Shown: positions 48,141-57,361 of the stretch, piece after piece
How positions within the stretch are numbered: position 1 is the first letter of the stretch
How the letters are laid out: each line of letters begins with the position of its first letter
NCBI GenBank assembly: GCA_965203805.1
Contig: OZ241917.1
Span: 1,344,001 to 1,408,000 of the forward strand
Origin: Candidatus Latescibacterota bacterium
GTDB taxonomy: Bacteria; Latescibacterota; UBA2968; GCA-2709665
DNA: 64,000 nucleotides
Direction: 5' to 3'
The notes under the pieces: generated by a model
The model's input: only the letters and a program-made list of their open reading frames with translations
Told to the model about the DNA's origin: nothing
The model's database searches: none
Program-made: the position numbers and the translations under genes

Positions 48141-48178
48141 AGATCGGACCGTGCAATGCGCGCGACGTGCCTGCCGCG

Positions 48179-49102
48179 TTACGCGCCCGCGAGAAAACGC
48201 CGCGGGTTCTCTACCAGCAGGTCCCGGATCGCACCGTCGGATACCCCTTCTTCCCTCAGCCTGGGCACGAAACGGGTCAGCACGTAGTCCAGACCCGGAC
48301 CGCCTCCGTAGCTTCGCCAGTAACTGGGGCGGCCCAGGTCGTTGCCCAGCAGAATACGATCGCCCAACCCGGCCTCAATCATCCGCTTGAGAACGGAAAT
48401 GCGCAATTCATCGGGGCCGTACTTCACTTTGCCCGGGCAGTCGTAACCCAGGTAGGCGCCGATCTCCGCAATGCGCCGGTGCTCCCAGAAATCCGGATTC
48501 CTGTCCATGTGGCTCAGACATATCCGGCCCGGCGGTACACCCAGCGCGTCCAGGAGTGCCACCTGATCGTACCCCATCGTTCCGGCTTCCGTGTGCGTCA
48601 TCACGGGCACGCCCGTCTCCGCGTGCACCTTCGCCGCGATGCGCATCAGCTTCCTGTCGGCCTCCTGAAACGTATTGTATCCGCTGCCACCCTTGACGAC
48701 GCCGGCCTTGACGCCGGTGCCGTCGATCCCTGTCTGAATGTCCCGGATACAACTTCTGATCATGGTGTCTTCGTCCTGGTTCAGGATCGCGCGGTCGCAG
48801 AAATAGGGCTTGTTGTACCCCGTGATCACAATCACGTGCACGTCCGGCACCCGGTCCGCAATCCGTACGACCTGCCGAACGTTGCGGCCGAAGTCAATCG
48901 CCGACATTTCGACCAGCGTCCTGCCGCCCGCCCGCGCCCAGGAACGAAGCTCGTCGGCCGACCGGTCCACGTCATTCAACCTGAAATCTCCATCTTCCCT
49001 GAGCAGCCAGTCCGGAGCGTCGAAATAGAGGTGTTCGTGATAATCCACAACACCCAGGTCTCCGCCATCGACCTCCCCCCGAACCGTCATCACTGTGCCC
49101 AT
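48179..49102 (-). CDS. Phosphotriesterase-homology (Php) amidohydrolase
   Basis: MTVRG, HEHL, GR, TG.PV.THT..GTMG, SHMDR, LG.D. Confidence 0.85.
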   Translation of the reverse strand: MGTVMTVRGEVDGGDLGVVDYHEHLYFDAPDWLLREDGDFRLNDVDRSADELRSWARAGGRTLVEMSAIDFGRNVRQVVRIADRVPDVHVIVITGYNKPYFCDRAILNQDEDTMIRSCIRDIQTGIDGTGVKAGVVKGGSGYNTFQEADRKLMRIAAKVHAETGVPVMTHTEAGTMGYDQVALLDALGVPPGRICLSHMDRNPDFWEHRRIAEIGAYLGYDCPGKVKYGPDELRISVLKRMIEAGLGDRILLGNDLGRPSYWRSYGGGPGLDYVLTRFVPRLREEGVSDGAIRDLLVENPRRFLAGA

Positions 49103-49111
49103 CTCGCACCC

Positions 49112-49861
49112 CTACTCGTGTTCCAGCCCGGAAAGGAATTCCGTCCACGCCCTCACGATGCGCGCCACACACCCGTGAAACCATCGTTCGCCCTTCTCCG
49201 CGGATGCGACCGTGGCATCGCCGAACACCCCCGACCGGGACAGACTGCCCAGGGGCAGCGTGGACATCTCGTACCCGGCCGACAGCGGCGGATACTCCCG
49301 CACGGCCAGGTCCATCCTGACGGATTCGGGCTTCAGGTAGAGCATCAGGGAGGTTTCAAACTCCTCCGCGTGAAAATTCATCGGCATCCACTGGGGCGAC
49401 TCCGCGTCCGCCATCACTTCCGCCAGGCCCGGATAGAAGACGTTCAATACCTTCACATTCAGTTCGTCGACCAGCTCTCTGGCGGTGAACTTCAACGGAG
49501 CCGGATTCGCGCCATGTCCCGAAAGCGTCATCAGCGCCCGGCAGCCGCTGCGGTGCATGCTGCGCGCCAGGTCCTTCACCACGGACCTGAAGGTATCGAA
49601 GGAGAACGTAAGCGTCCCCGGATAATCGCGCCAACTCCAGGAGTACCCCACGCGCACCGCCGGCAGCACGAGACCCGAACTCTCTTTCGCGACGTCCAGG
49701 GCCAGCGCCTCCGCAAGCACCGTGTCCGTATTCTGCGGCAGATGGGGTCCGTGCTGCTCCGTTGCCCCAAGAGGCAGAATCGCGAACGGCGTGTCCCTCA
49801 GGAAGTCCCTGCACTCCGGCCACGTGGCCGTTGCCGCGTCCAGCCAATTCGACTCCGTCAC
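49112..49861 (-). CDS. Creatininase family protein
   Basis: LP.GATEQHGPHLP..TD, GHGAN, HA.E.ETS, SGV.GD...AS.EKG; probable GTG start at 49861. Confidence 0.85.
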   Translation of the reverse strand: MTESNWLDAATATWPECRDFLRDTPFAILPLGATEQHGPHLPQNTDTVLAEALALDVAKESSGLVLPAVRVGYSWSWRDYPGTLTFSFDTFRSVVKDLARSMHRSGCRALMTLSGHGANPAPLKFTARELVDELNVKVLNVFYPGLAEVMADAESPQWMPMNFHAEEFETSLMLYLKPESVRMDLAVREYPPLSAGYEMSTLPLGSLSRSGVFGDATVASAEKGERWFHGCVARIVRAWTEFLSGLEHE

Positions 49862-50073
49862 GTCAAAATCTCCGGTACAGAAAAAACCCTGAAGGCGGTA
49901 AGAGGGTAGACGGTAGATGACATCCGTGCCCGTCTGGTTTCTCCTTTTGCCTCCGGCACGAAATGAAGCCGCACCAGGCAATCACGTCCTCTCCCCTCTT
50001 ACGTCTAACGTCTCCCCGCCTTTAGGGCAGGGTTTTCTTCTACCGTCTACCCTCTCCCGTCTCACCAGTCTTG

Positions 50074-50889
50074 TCAAGCTTTATATAGACTCTCAGTTGG
50101 AATATCCGTGATCAGGGCGTGGCCGGGTGTATAGGAGACCGCGAGCGGCAGCCGGGCCTGCTGGGCCGCCAGGCTCGGCGTCACGCCGCATGCCCAGTAG
50201 AGGCGGTCGGTGCCCTCGGGGACCCGTATCGCATTGCCCGATATCGTCGTGTCGAGTTCCTTGATGCCCAGTTCCCGGCCGTTATTCCTGCCCAGCGGCG
50301 CCCCATGGCATTCCGGGAAGTGACTCGTGTACTCCCATACAGCGTCGCAACGGCCCGGGAGAAAGCTGCGCAGGGTCACCGCCATCTTGCTCCGGAACCT
50401 GCCCACCGGTTCGCAATCCAGGTCCGTCAGCTGAATACACGGCCCGAAGGCCGGTTCGTACCCCTTCTCCACCAGGAGCCCGTCGAAAGACACGCTGGAA
50501 CCGATCAGAAACGTGACCATGCGCCCGGTAAAGAGGTCGACCACGTCACGCCGCTGCTCGACCACCTCGCCCTCCCGGATCACGTCATAGGAGCCCAGGT
50601 CCGTGCGGATATCGAGCCCGCTCGCGAATTCGGGACAATCGGTATCGCCAGCGGGCATCACGGCCAGCAAAGGACACGGTTTCGGGTTCGCCCTGCAGAA
50701 TCCCTCGAACTCCTTAGCGTAGTCCCGGTCCATCATGACCACGTTCACGCAGAGGTACCCCGAAAGCGCGCGGGATGCCACGGTCTTCAGGGTATTCCTG
50801 CGGCACGCGAGGCGCACCTCCAGCGGAGATCGAAATATTACGGGTTCGGCCAACGCGCTTCCCCCTGTCAGTCCGTTGATAAAGTCCAT
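50074..50889 (-). CDS. DUF1445 family (D-glutamate cyclase-like putative hydro-lyase)
   Basis: FC.ANPKPCPLL, DIRTD...Y, IG.S.SF, HGAP, WACGVTP, PGH.LITD. Confidence 0.8.
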   Translation of the reverse strand: MDFINGLTGGSALAEPVIFRSPLEVRLACRRNTLKTVASRALSGYLCVNVVMMDRDYAKEFEGFCRANPKPCPLLAVMPAGDTDCPEFASGLDIRTDLGSYDVIREGEVVEQRRDVVDLFTGRMVTFLIGSSVSFDGLLVEKGYEPAFGPCIQLTDLDCEPVGRFRSKMAVTLRSFLPGRCDAVWEYTSHFPECHGAPLGRNNGRELGIKELDTTISGNAIRVPEGTDRLYWACGVTPSLAAQQARLPLAVSYTPGHALITDIPTESLYKA

Positions 50890-50897
50890 CCGGGCTG

Positions 50898-52181
50898 CTA
50901 TAGAAGCTGCTGATGCTGAAGCACGACCTTCCTGAACGCCGCCGCGAACTGATCGATGAACCCGTCCGCGGCCTGGATATGCCCCGGATAGGACAGCACC
51001 CGCCCGCGGATCGCTTCGGAAACCGGGAAATCTCCCTCGCGATAACGGGGCAGGGGCACATTTGCCGGCCCATCGTGACCCGCTCCCCAGAGACCGGGCA
51101 GATCCCTTGTATAGATGGACCTGAGATGTTCCATGTGCCCCACGCCGGGGCCGTTCAGCGGCGCGCCCTCGGCCCGCATGGCCTCCACGAAACGGGACGC
51201 GGGCAACCCGCCCAGCGGTTCCGGTTCGTAGATGAACTTGATCCCGCCGTAGAGCTCCACGCCCCGGGCTTTCCTGTAGTTGCAGACCGGCCGGATCCCC
51301 GGGAGCCCCTCGATTCTTCGGAACAGGGCCTCCCGGTTGGCTTCAAACCGGTCCAGGCGTTCGGGAAGGTGCTCGAGGGAGACCAGGCCGATTGCCATAG
51401 CCAGCGGATGCGGCCGCCATTTCCATCCGAGGAGCTGCGGATCCAATTCGCGGTAGACCGGGTTCGTGAGTTCCTGCACCGCGCCCGGCCGGTGGAGGTG
51501 GCAGTAGATCAACGCGCGCTCGTACAGCTCGCGGTCGTTCGTCGCCACGATGCCGGCCTCGCCGCCCGCGACCGGCTTGCCTCCGGGCGTGGCGCCCTGC
51601 ATGCTGAAGCACGCGATATGCCCCAGGTTTCCGATCTTCACGCCGCCCCACTCGCTGCCGTGCGCGTGAGCCGCATCCTCCACGACCACCAGGTCATGGG
51701 CGTCCGCCAGGTCCAGCAGCCGGTCCATATCGCACACCCGACCGCAGGAATGGATCGGTGAAATCACACGGGTCCTGTCCGTGATGCGCCCCGCGACGTC
51801 GTCCGGATCCATCAGCAGCGTCTCCGGATCGATCTCGCAGAATACGGGCGTGGCGCCCATATGCAGCGCACCCGCGTAGCTGCCGATGTAACCGACGGAT
51901 GGTGTGATGAATTCATCGCCGGCGCCCAGCCCCGCGGCGAAGAATCCGCTGGCCAGCGCTGTATGCCCGTGGCTGGTCGACAGCACGTACCTGCAACCGA
52001 CGTATTCCGCGAAGCGTTCTTCGAATTCTCTTGGAACCCCCGATCCCGATCCGGAGAGATATCCTTCGTCGATCAGGGCGCACACCGCGGCTTTCTCTGC
52101 TTCAACAGGACGACGCCATTGCTCTCCACTTTCGGCCGTAATGGCCTTGTCTCCACCAAGAATTGCCAGTTCCCCGGCCAT
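50898..52181 (-). CDS. DegT/DnrJ/EryC1/StrS aminotransferase family protein
   Basis: LAILGG, FEE.FAEY.G, EDAAHAHG, FSMQ....GKP..GGE.G. Confidence 0.85.
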   Translation of the reverse strand: MAGELAILGGDKAITAESGEQWRRPVEAEKAAVCALIDEGYLSGSGSGVPREFEERFAEYVGCRYVLSTSHGHTALASGFFAAGLGAGDEFITPSVGYIGSYAGALHMGATPVFCEIDPETLLMDPDDVAGRITDRTRVISPIHSCGRVCDMDRLLDLADAHDLVVVEDAAHAHGSEWGGVKIGNLGHIACFSMQGATPGGKPVAGGEAGIVATNDRELYERALIYCHLHRPGAVQELTNPVYRELDPQLLGWKWRPHPLAMAIGLVSLEHLPERLDRFEANREALFRRIEGLPGIRPVCNYRKARGVELYGGIKFIYEPEPLGGLPASRFVEAMRAEGAPLNGPGVGHMEHLRSIYTRDLPGLWGAGHDGPANVPLPRYREGDFPVSEAIRGRVLSYPGHIQAADGFIDQFAAAFRKVVLQHQQLL

Positions 52182-52294
52182 CCGAAATCTCCTCTGTCTC
52201 AGATTACGAACCCCGCGCCGAAGCTCGCTTCGGGCGGGGCCTGGTGTCCTGTCTCAACACTCACGCTCGGACGAAAGTTCCGTACGGCGACACC

Positions 52295-53191
52295 TCACGG
52301 CACGACGGCCGCCTCACCAAAGTTATCCCGGATCCAGTGTTTGAGGGGCACATCCGCATCGGTCGGCGACGTATACCCCATCCCCCCCGTGGCCGCGCCC
52401 AGCAACTGGCGCTGGATGGGGTCGCACCGGTCCATATAATGGTCGACCGTCATATTGTCCCTCGGCCGCAACCAGCGGTAACTGTAGCCGTAGAACAGCA
52501 CTTTCCGCGTCACGTCCGAATGATTCCTCCCGGCCGCGTGCCAGAGGCGGCGATCGAAAAATACCGCCGTGCCCGCCGGCACCCGTACCGGCGTGGCGTC
52601 GGGCGGATCCGACGCACCGTCTTCAGGAAAGCTCAGGCGATTCCTCAAATGACTTCCCGGCACAATGTGGAAATTGCCCCGATTCGGTTCCGTCGTATCG
52701 GTCAGGAAATAGCCGACCTTGAGGGAGACCCGCGGTCTGGGCGCGGCATCCAGTTCGATGTTCAGGCGCCCGCTGTCCTGGTGCCAGCCCAGGCGCCATT
52801 CTCGCGTCCGTTCCTCTGCCGGCTCGGGCGGGGTGACAATCAGGTGTGAGTGGTACAGCTGAATATTCCAACCCAGGATACCCCATACCTTCGGAAACGT
52901 AACGGGCCAATCCAGTAATGCCATAAACTCATCGTCGGCGCCGACGAAATCCGTCATATTCATACGTGCGTGAGGACCCAGGCCGTTCTCGGCAAGATAG
53001 TTCTCGTACAACCCGTCGACAACCCGGCCCAACGCGGAGACCCGCTCCTGAGGAATTGCATCTTCAATGATCAGAAAGCCGTCTCGTTCGAACTTCGACT
53101 TCTCCTCGCGGGTCAATCCATTCTCAAGACATGCGGCATCCATCGGTCTCCCTCCTGGAAGATTCGGATCACTTCTTTGCCGGCTGATCAC
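52295..53191 (-). CDS. Phytanoyl-CoA dioxygenase (PhyH) family protein
   Basis: FERDGF, WHQD, VPGSH, G.AVFFDRRLWH...N; probable start ATG 53143. Confidence 0.85.
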   Translation of the reverse strand: MISRQRSDPNLPGGRPMDAACLENGLTREEKSKFERDGFLIIEDAIPQERVSALGRVVDGLYENYLAENGLGPHARMNMTDFVGADDEFMALLDWPVTFPKVWGILGWNIQLYHSHLIVTPPEPAEERTREWRLGWHQDSGRLNIELDAAPRPRVSLKVGYFLTDTTEPNRGNFHIVPGSHLRNRLSFPEDGASDPPDATPVRVPAGTAVFFDRRLWHAAGRNHSDVTRKVLFYGYSYRWLRPRDNMTVDHYMDRCDPIQRQLLGAATGGMGYTSPTDADVPLKHWIRDNFGEAAVVP

Positions 53192-53214
53192 CTCAATCCG
53201 GGGGCCCGCAGCCG

Positions 53215-54480
53215 TCAGAGCGTGGAACCCAACCCCACGGTTTCAGGGCTGTCAAGTCGATGCAGACCGTTCACGGGCTCGAAAATACCCGCCATGCGCG
53301 GCAGCCATTCGATGTTGGCGTCCGGCGTAAATTGAGGGGAGTTGATTTCCACACCGTTGACCATGGGCACGTGTGCCGCGAACAGCGCGGCGTGGATTGC
53401 CGCGAACCCGGGATTCGTCAGGTCCTGCAGCGCAAGTCGCATGCCGTTCTCGCGCGCCCACGCGGCAGCCACCAACGCGAAACTGTGGCCCTTGCAGGTC
53501 TTCAGGGCCAGTCCGCTCCACCCCTGACGTTTCGCTTCCTCGAGCAAACTCAAGCTCGTGAGACCCTCATCCAGAAACACCGGCTTCAGCCGTGTCACCG
53601 CCCGCCAGTCCTGGGGATGCAGCAGGATATCCCGGCCCGTGGGCTGTTCCAGGTACTTCAACGCACGGAAGGCCCCGGTATCCGCGGCCCCGAGGCGTTC
53701 CAGATAGTCCAGCACGCTCTGCGCGTCCGGATTGGCTTCGTTGCTGTCGACGGTCAGCGCCGGTTCGGTAACGCCATGCCCGCGCGCGGCCCGGTACACC
53801 TCAACGGTCCTGGCCGCGTCCGCGGCATTATCCCTCCCCGGTATTTTCAGCTTGAAACAGCGGTAGCCGCGTTTGCTGATGACCCGCTTCAGATCCGTCC
53901 CCAGGTCGTCGGAACTCCCCACGACCCACCACGCGGGCAACCGGGACCGGGGTGTCTGACACAGACGTTGAATCGCCGCGCACGCGCCGCCGCCGGAAAA
54001 GTAACCGTCGACGTCCGGAAACGGCGTGGCGCCGGCGTAGAAACCGAACGCGGACACGCCGGCCGCAATGCCGACAGCATCGTGGATGGCGGCGTCGAAG
54101 GGACTGGCGCACATCGCGCGCGCGAGGATCGGAGGCGACGGTTCGCTCGCGACAGCCTCGTGGAGCCGCATCCCGAGAACCAGCGGATGCGCGGGCTCGC
54201 CGCCGCAGCGCGCAAACAGTCCCCCGGCGAGACGTCTGCAGAAACCGCGCAGCGCTTCGTCCCGAAATTCGTGCGTCAACCCAGGGTGCGGCCAGGCCCA
54301 GACGTCGCTGAGATAGATGGCTCCCCTGCCCCGGGCTTCGCGCCCGGCCACGCGAACGGTGACGACGGCACGGGCTTCCGTGAGTTCCGTAATTGTACCG
54401 GAACTCAGATGGAGCGGGGTATTCAGCTTCCGGGGAATGAACGCGACGTCCGCGTCCACGACCTCAGTGTTAAAGTCCAT
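53215..54480 (-). CDS. Enolase-superfamily (mandelate racemase/MLE-like) enzyme
   Basis: FKLK (KxK), VDSNE, LEQP, LDE, ALKTCK metal-ligand pattern. Confidence 0.7.
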   Translation of the reverse strand: MDFNTEVVDADVAFIPRKLNTPLHLSSGTITELTEARAVVTVRVAGREARGRGAIYLSDVWAWPHPGLTHEFRDEALRGFCRRLAGGLFARCGGEPAHPLVLGMRLHEAVASEPSPPILARAMCASPFDAAIHDAVGIAAGVSAFGFYAGATPFPDVDGYFSGGGACAAIQRLCQTPRSRLPAWWVVGSSDDLGTDLKRVISKRGYRCFKLKIPGRDNAADAARTVEVYRAARGHGVTEPALTVDSNEANPDAQSVLDYLERLGAADTGAFRALKYLEQPTGRDILLHPQDWRAVTRLKPVFLDEGLTSLSLLEEAKRQGWSGLALKTCKGHSFALVAAAWARENGMRLALQDLTNPGFAAIHAALFAAHVPMVNGVEINSPQFTPDANIEWLPRMAGIFEPVNGLHRLDSPETVGLGSTL

Positions 54481-54510
54481 ACCAAGCGGGGGTGGCCCCG
54501 GTAACGTCCC

Positions 54511-55503
54511 TCATTCAAATTCCGACACAAGCACCGCCTCATCCCGCTCCGCGCTCTGCTTGGCCGCTTCGATGACGGCCATCGTATGCCGGACGGACCG
54601 GCCGCTGGCATCGGGGGTACCGCCCTCCAGACAGCAGTCGGCGAACTCGCGTATCTGATTCCCCATTCCACTGCTCGCGTCGTCGATCACCACTTCCTCG
54701 CCATTGAGCGACAGGCGCCCGTGGGTGAACATCATCGATCCCAGGCTGCCCATGATAAACTGGTCATGCTGCCCGGAGTGACAGACGACCGACTGCGACA
54801 GCACGCTCACCGCGCCATTGGCGTGGTTCATCACCGCGGTATAGGAATCCTTCTGTCCACGGTAGCGGTCCGTACTCTCGGATCCCTGAGCGAAGACCCT
54901 GACCACCGGCGAATCCATGTACCAGTGCAGAATGTCGTACTCATGCGGCCCGAAGCAATAAAGCACGCAGATGCCGCCGGCCTCCAGATCCAGGTACCAA
55001 TGGGTGTCCTGTCCCGGAGCGGGCGCGGGATTGAAGTTGCCCAACCGGCGTCGGAGCAGGTGACCCACCTGACCGATCACGCCGTCGGCGATGAGCTGCT
55101 TGACTTTGAGGCTGACCGGATAGTAACGCATCACCTGGCCGACCATCAGGACGCGGTCCGCATTTTCACACGCCGCGATCATCCGGTCGCACTCGTCGAG
55201 CGTGAGCGCCATGGGCTTCTCCACGAGGACGTGTTTGCCGGCTTCCGCGGCTGCCACGACCTGCGCACCGTGCTGGTTATGCGGCGTGCACACGTGGACA
55301 GCCTCGACCTCAGGGTCGTCCAGCATGGCGTCCAGGTCGGTATAGGCCCTCGCGCCGAATTCGGCCGCGGCCGCCTCCGCCGGTTCCGCGTAAATGTCCA
55401 TCACGGCCGCCGTTCTGATGTTTTCGGTCTCCGCGATGGCGCGCATATGCGACCGCGCGATACCTCCCGCGCCGACCATGCCTACGGATAACACGTCGCC
55501 CAT
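54511..55503 (-). CDS. Gfo/Idh/MocA family oxidoreductase
   Basis: VGAGGIA..H, VCTP...H, AGKHVLVEKPMA, H.YD. Confidence 0.9.
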   Translation of the reverse strand: MGDVLSVGMVGAGGIARSHMRAIAETENIRTAAVMDIYAEPAEAAAAEFGARAYTDLDAMLDDPEVEAVHVCTPHNQHGAQVVAAAEAGKHVLVEKPMALTLDECDRMIAACENADRVLMVGQVMRYYPVSLKVKQLIADGVIGQVGHLLRRRLGNFNPAPAPGQDTHWYLDLEAGGICVLYCFGPHEYDILHWYMDSPVVRVFAQGSESTDRYRGQKDSYTAVMNHANGAVSVLSQSVVCHSGQHDQFIMGSLGSMMFTHGRLSLNGEEVVIDDASSGMGNQIREFADCCLEGGTPDASGRSVRHTMAVIEAAKQSAERDEAVLVSEFE

Positions 55504-55559
55504 TACGTATCTCCCCAATCGCTTGATCAGGATTCATTCGGTTTATGATTCAATCTCGA

Positions 55560-56417
55560 TCAAAGTACCATCTTCTTTTCCGCCGGCTCCAGGTTGTCGT
55601 AATTCCAGAGCTGCCTGCCCGCAACGACCTTTTTCAGGTTGCCCGCGCCGCCGGGCGCTTCGAGGCCGTACAGCCCCAGTTTGCGGTCGAGCCAGGCGAC
55701 CTCGAGGTCCGTCAGCTCCGCGCGCACGGCGTCCACGCCCAGCGAGGCGATCCGCCCGCCCACGTAGATCGTACCGTCGTACATGGAATCTCCGAGATTC
55801 TCGTCGGCGTCCCCAAGCACGATCATCCGACCGCGCTGCATCATGAATCCGGAGAGCATGCCGGTCCGGCCGGCCACCAGGATCGTCCCGCCCTTCATAT
55901 TTATGCCCGTCCTGCCTCCGACGTCCCCCCTGCATACCAGGTCGCCGCCCCGCAGCGCCGCGCCGAAAGACGAACCCGCGTTCTTCTCCACAACCACGGT
56001 GCCCGCCATCATATTTTCCGCGCACGACCAGCCCACGCGTCCCCGGATCCTCACGTTCGGACCGTCAATAAGCCCCACGGCGAAGTATCCGAGCGACCCA
56101 TCGAAATCCAGTTTCAGCCGATTCAGAATCCCCGAACCGAGCGAGTGCTTGGCGTTGGGGTTCCGCACCACGACGTGGCCGAAGCCCGCTTCCATCAGTT
56201 GCCGGATCTTCCGGTTCACTTCGCGGATCGACATCGGCGCCGCGTCGAACTCGGCACAACTGTCGAAGTCCACGCTAAGCGATCCGGGGTACACCAGCTC
56301 CGCACCCTCTTCAGCACGGAAGAACACCCGGTTCGTCCGATTTGCAAGCGGCTCGTCGTGCAGCCCCATCGCGTGGGACCGGTGTGTCCTATCGCCGCCC
56401 GCGTCTAATTTTGCCAT
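55560..56417 (-). CDS. GXGXG (GltB domain 3/FwdC-like) protein, N-methylglutamate synthase subunit B-like
   Basis: NPNAKHSLG.G, G.VGWSCAENMMAG, GINMKGG, GFMMQRG, GDSMYDG, SLG.DA. Confidence 0.8.
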   Translation of the reverse strand: MAKLDAGGDRTHRSHAMGLHDEPLANRTNRVFFRAEEGAELVYPGSLSVDFDSCAEFDAAPMSIREVNRKIRQLMEAGFGHVVVRNPNAKHSLGSGILNRLKLDFDGSLGYFAVGLIDGPNVRIRGRVGWSCAENMMAGTVVVEKNAGSSFGAALRGGDLVCRGDVGGRTGINMKGGTILVAGRTGMLSGFMMQRGRMIVLGDADENLGDSMYDGTIYVGGRIASLGVDAVRAELTDLEVAWLDRKLGLYGLEAPGGAGNLKKVVAGRQLWNYDNLEPAEKKMVL

Positions 56418-57340
56418 ACCCGCACTTCTCCGGCGTAGGGGTCCACGGTCTCGATTTCCTGGGGCAGGACGGTCCGGATCGCGACTTCCTCGGAGGCAAG
56501 CAGGGTTTCCCCCTCGCCTTCGTAGAGCACCATCGGCTTGGCCGCCATGGTGTCTTTGGCCATGCCCAGGCTGTCGGTTGTGGCGACCAGATAGGTAAAC
56601 ACCCCGTCCAGTTCCTGTACGGACCGCACCATCGCATCCTCCAGCGAAACCGAGCGATCGAGGCTGTCCGCGATATACACCGCGATCAGTTCCGAATCGC
56701 AGTCCGACACGAAGCGGTGCCCGCGGCGCTCGAGGTCGCGGCGCATGGACCAGTAATTGGTCAACTGTCCGTTATGTACGACCGAGATATCGCCGAACGG
56801 ATACGCCCAGTAAGGATGCGCGGAACGGATGTCCACGTCGGACTCGGTGGCCATGCGGACGTGCCCGATGGCGTGGGTGCCCACGAACGAACCCATCCCG
56901 TACTGCCCGCACACCTCGTTGGCGTCGCCCAGGTCCTTGACGAGTTCCAGCGCGCTGCCGATCGACAGGATTTCCACGCCCTCAACGTCTTCGATGAAAT
57001 CCGCGAAACGGCGCAGGTCCCCATCGAATCTGACGCGGTACAGGAACGCGTATTCCGTCGGCTGGTCTGCCGACAGGATTTCGCCCCCGAGCGAACCGAT
57101 CCGATCATCCACCTCCGCCCTGCGACGCGCGATCTGATCCTGGATTTCGAACCCGGACCCCAGGTCTTCCTTCTCGGCCGCCTTGAAACGCATCGCCAGC
57201 ACCCCCGCGGCCGGCTCGCCGTACACCGCAAACCCCGTGGAGTCCGGACCCCGGTGCTTCATCGCCTGAAGCATCCTGGTCATCTCGTTCCCGATGCGGC
57301 CTGTCTTGTTCCGGTGGATAATTCCCGCGATCCCGCACAT
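56405..57340 (-). CDS. Class II glutamine amidotransferase, N-methylglutamate synthase subunit A-like
   Basis: N-terminal MCGIAG, HRGPDSTG, GHVRMATES, AHP, VHNG, DSE. Confidence 0.85.
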   Translation of the reverse strand: MCGIAGIIHRNKTGRIGNEMTRMLQAMKHRGPDSTGFAVYGEPAAGVLAMRFKAAEKEDLGSGFEIQDQIARRRAEVDDRIGSLGGEILSADQPTEYAFLYRVRFDGDLRRFADFIEDVEGVEILSIGSALELVKDLGDANEVCGQYGMGSFVGTHAIGHVRMATESDVDIRSAHPYWAYPFGDISVVHNGQLTNYWSMRRDLERRGHRFVSDCDSELIAVYIADSLDRSVSLEDAMVRSVQELDGVFTYLVATTDSLGMAKDTMAAKPMVLYEGEGETLLASEEVAIRTVLPQEIETVDPYAGEVRVWQN

Positions 57341-57361
57341 ACGCGCCTCGTTTCTGCCGAA

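Noticed and set aside
49980-50070. Pyrimidine-rich degenerate heptamer repeats (TCACGTC/TTACGTC/TAACGTC)
   Set aside because: Short, degenerate intergenic low-complexity sequence with no spacer structure or assignable function.
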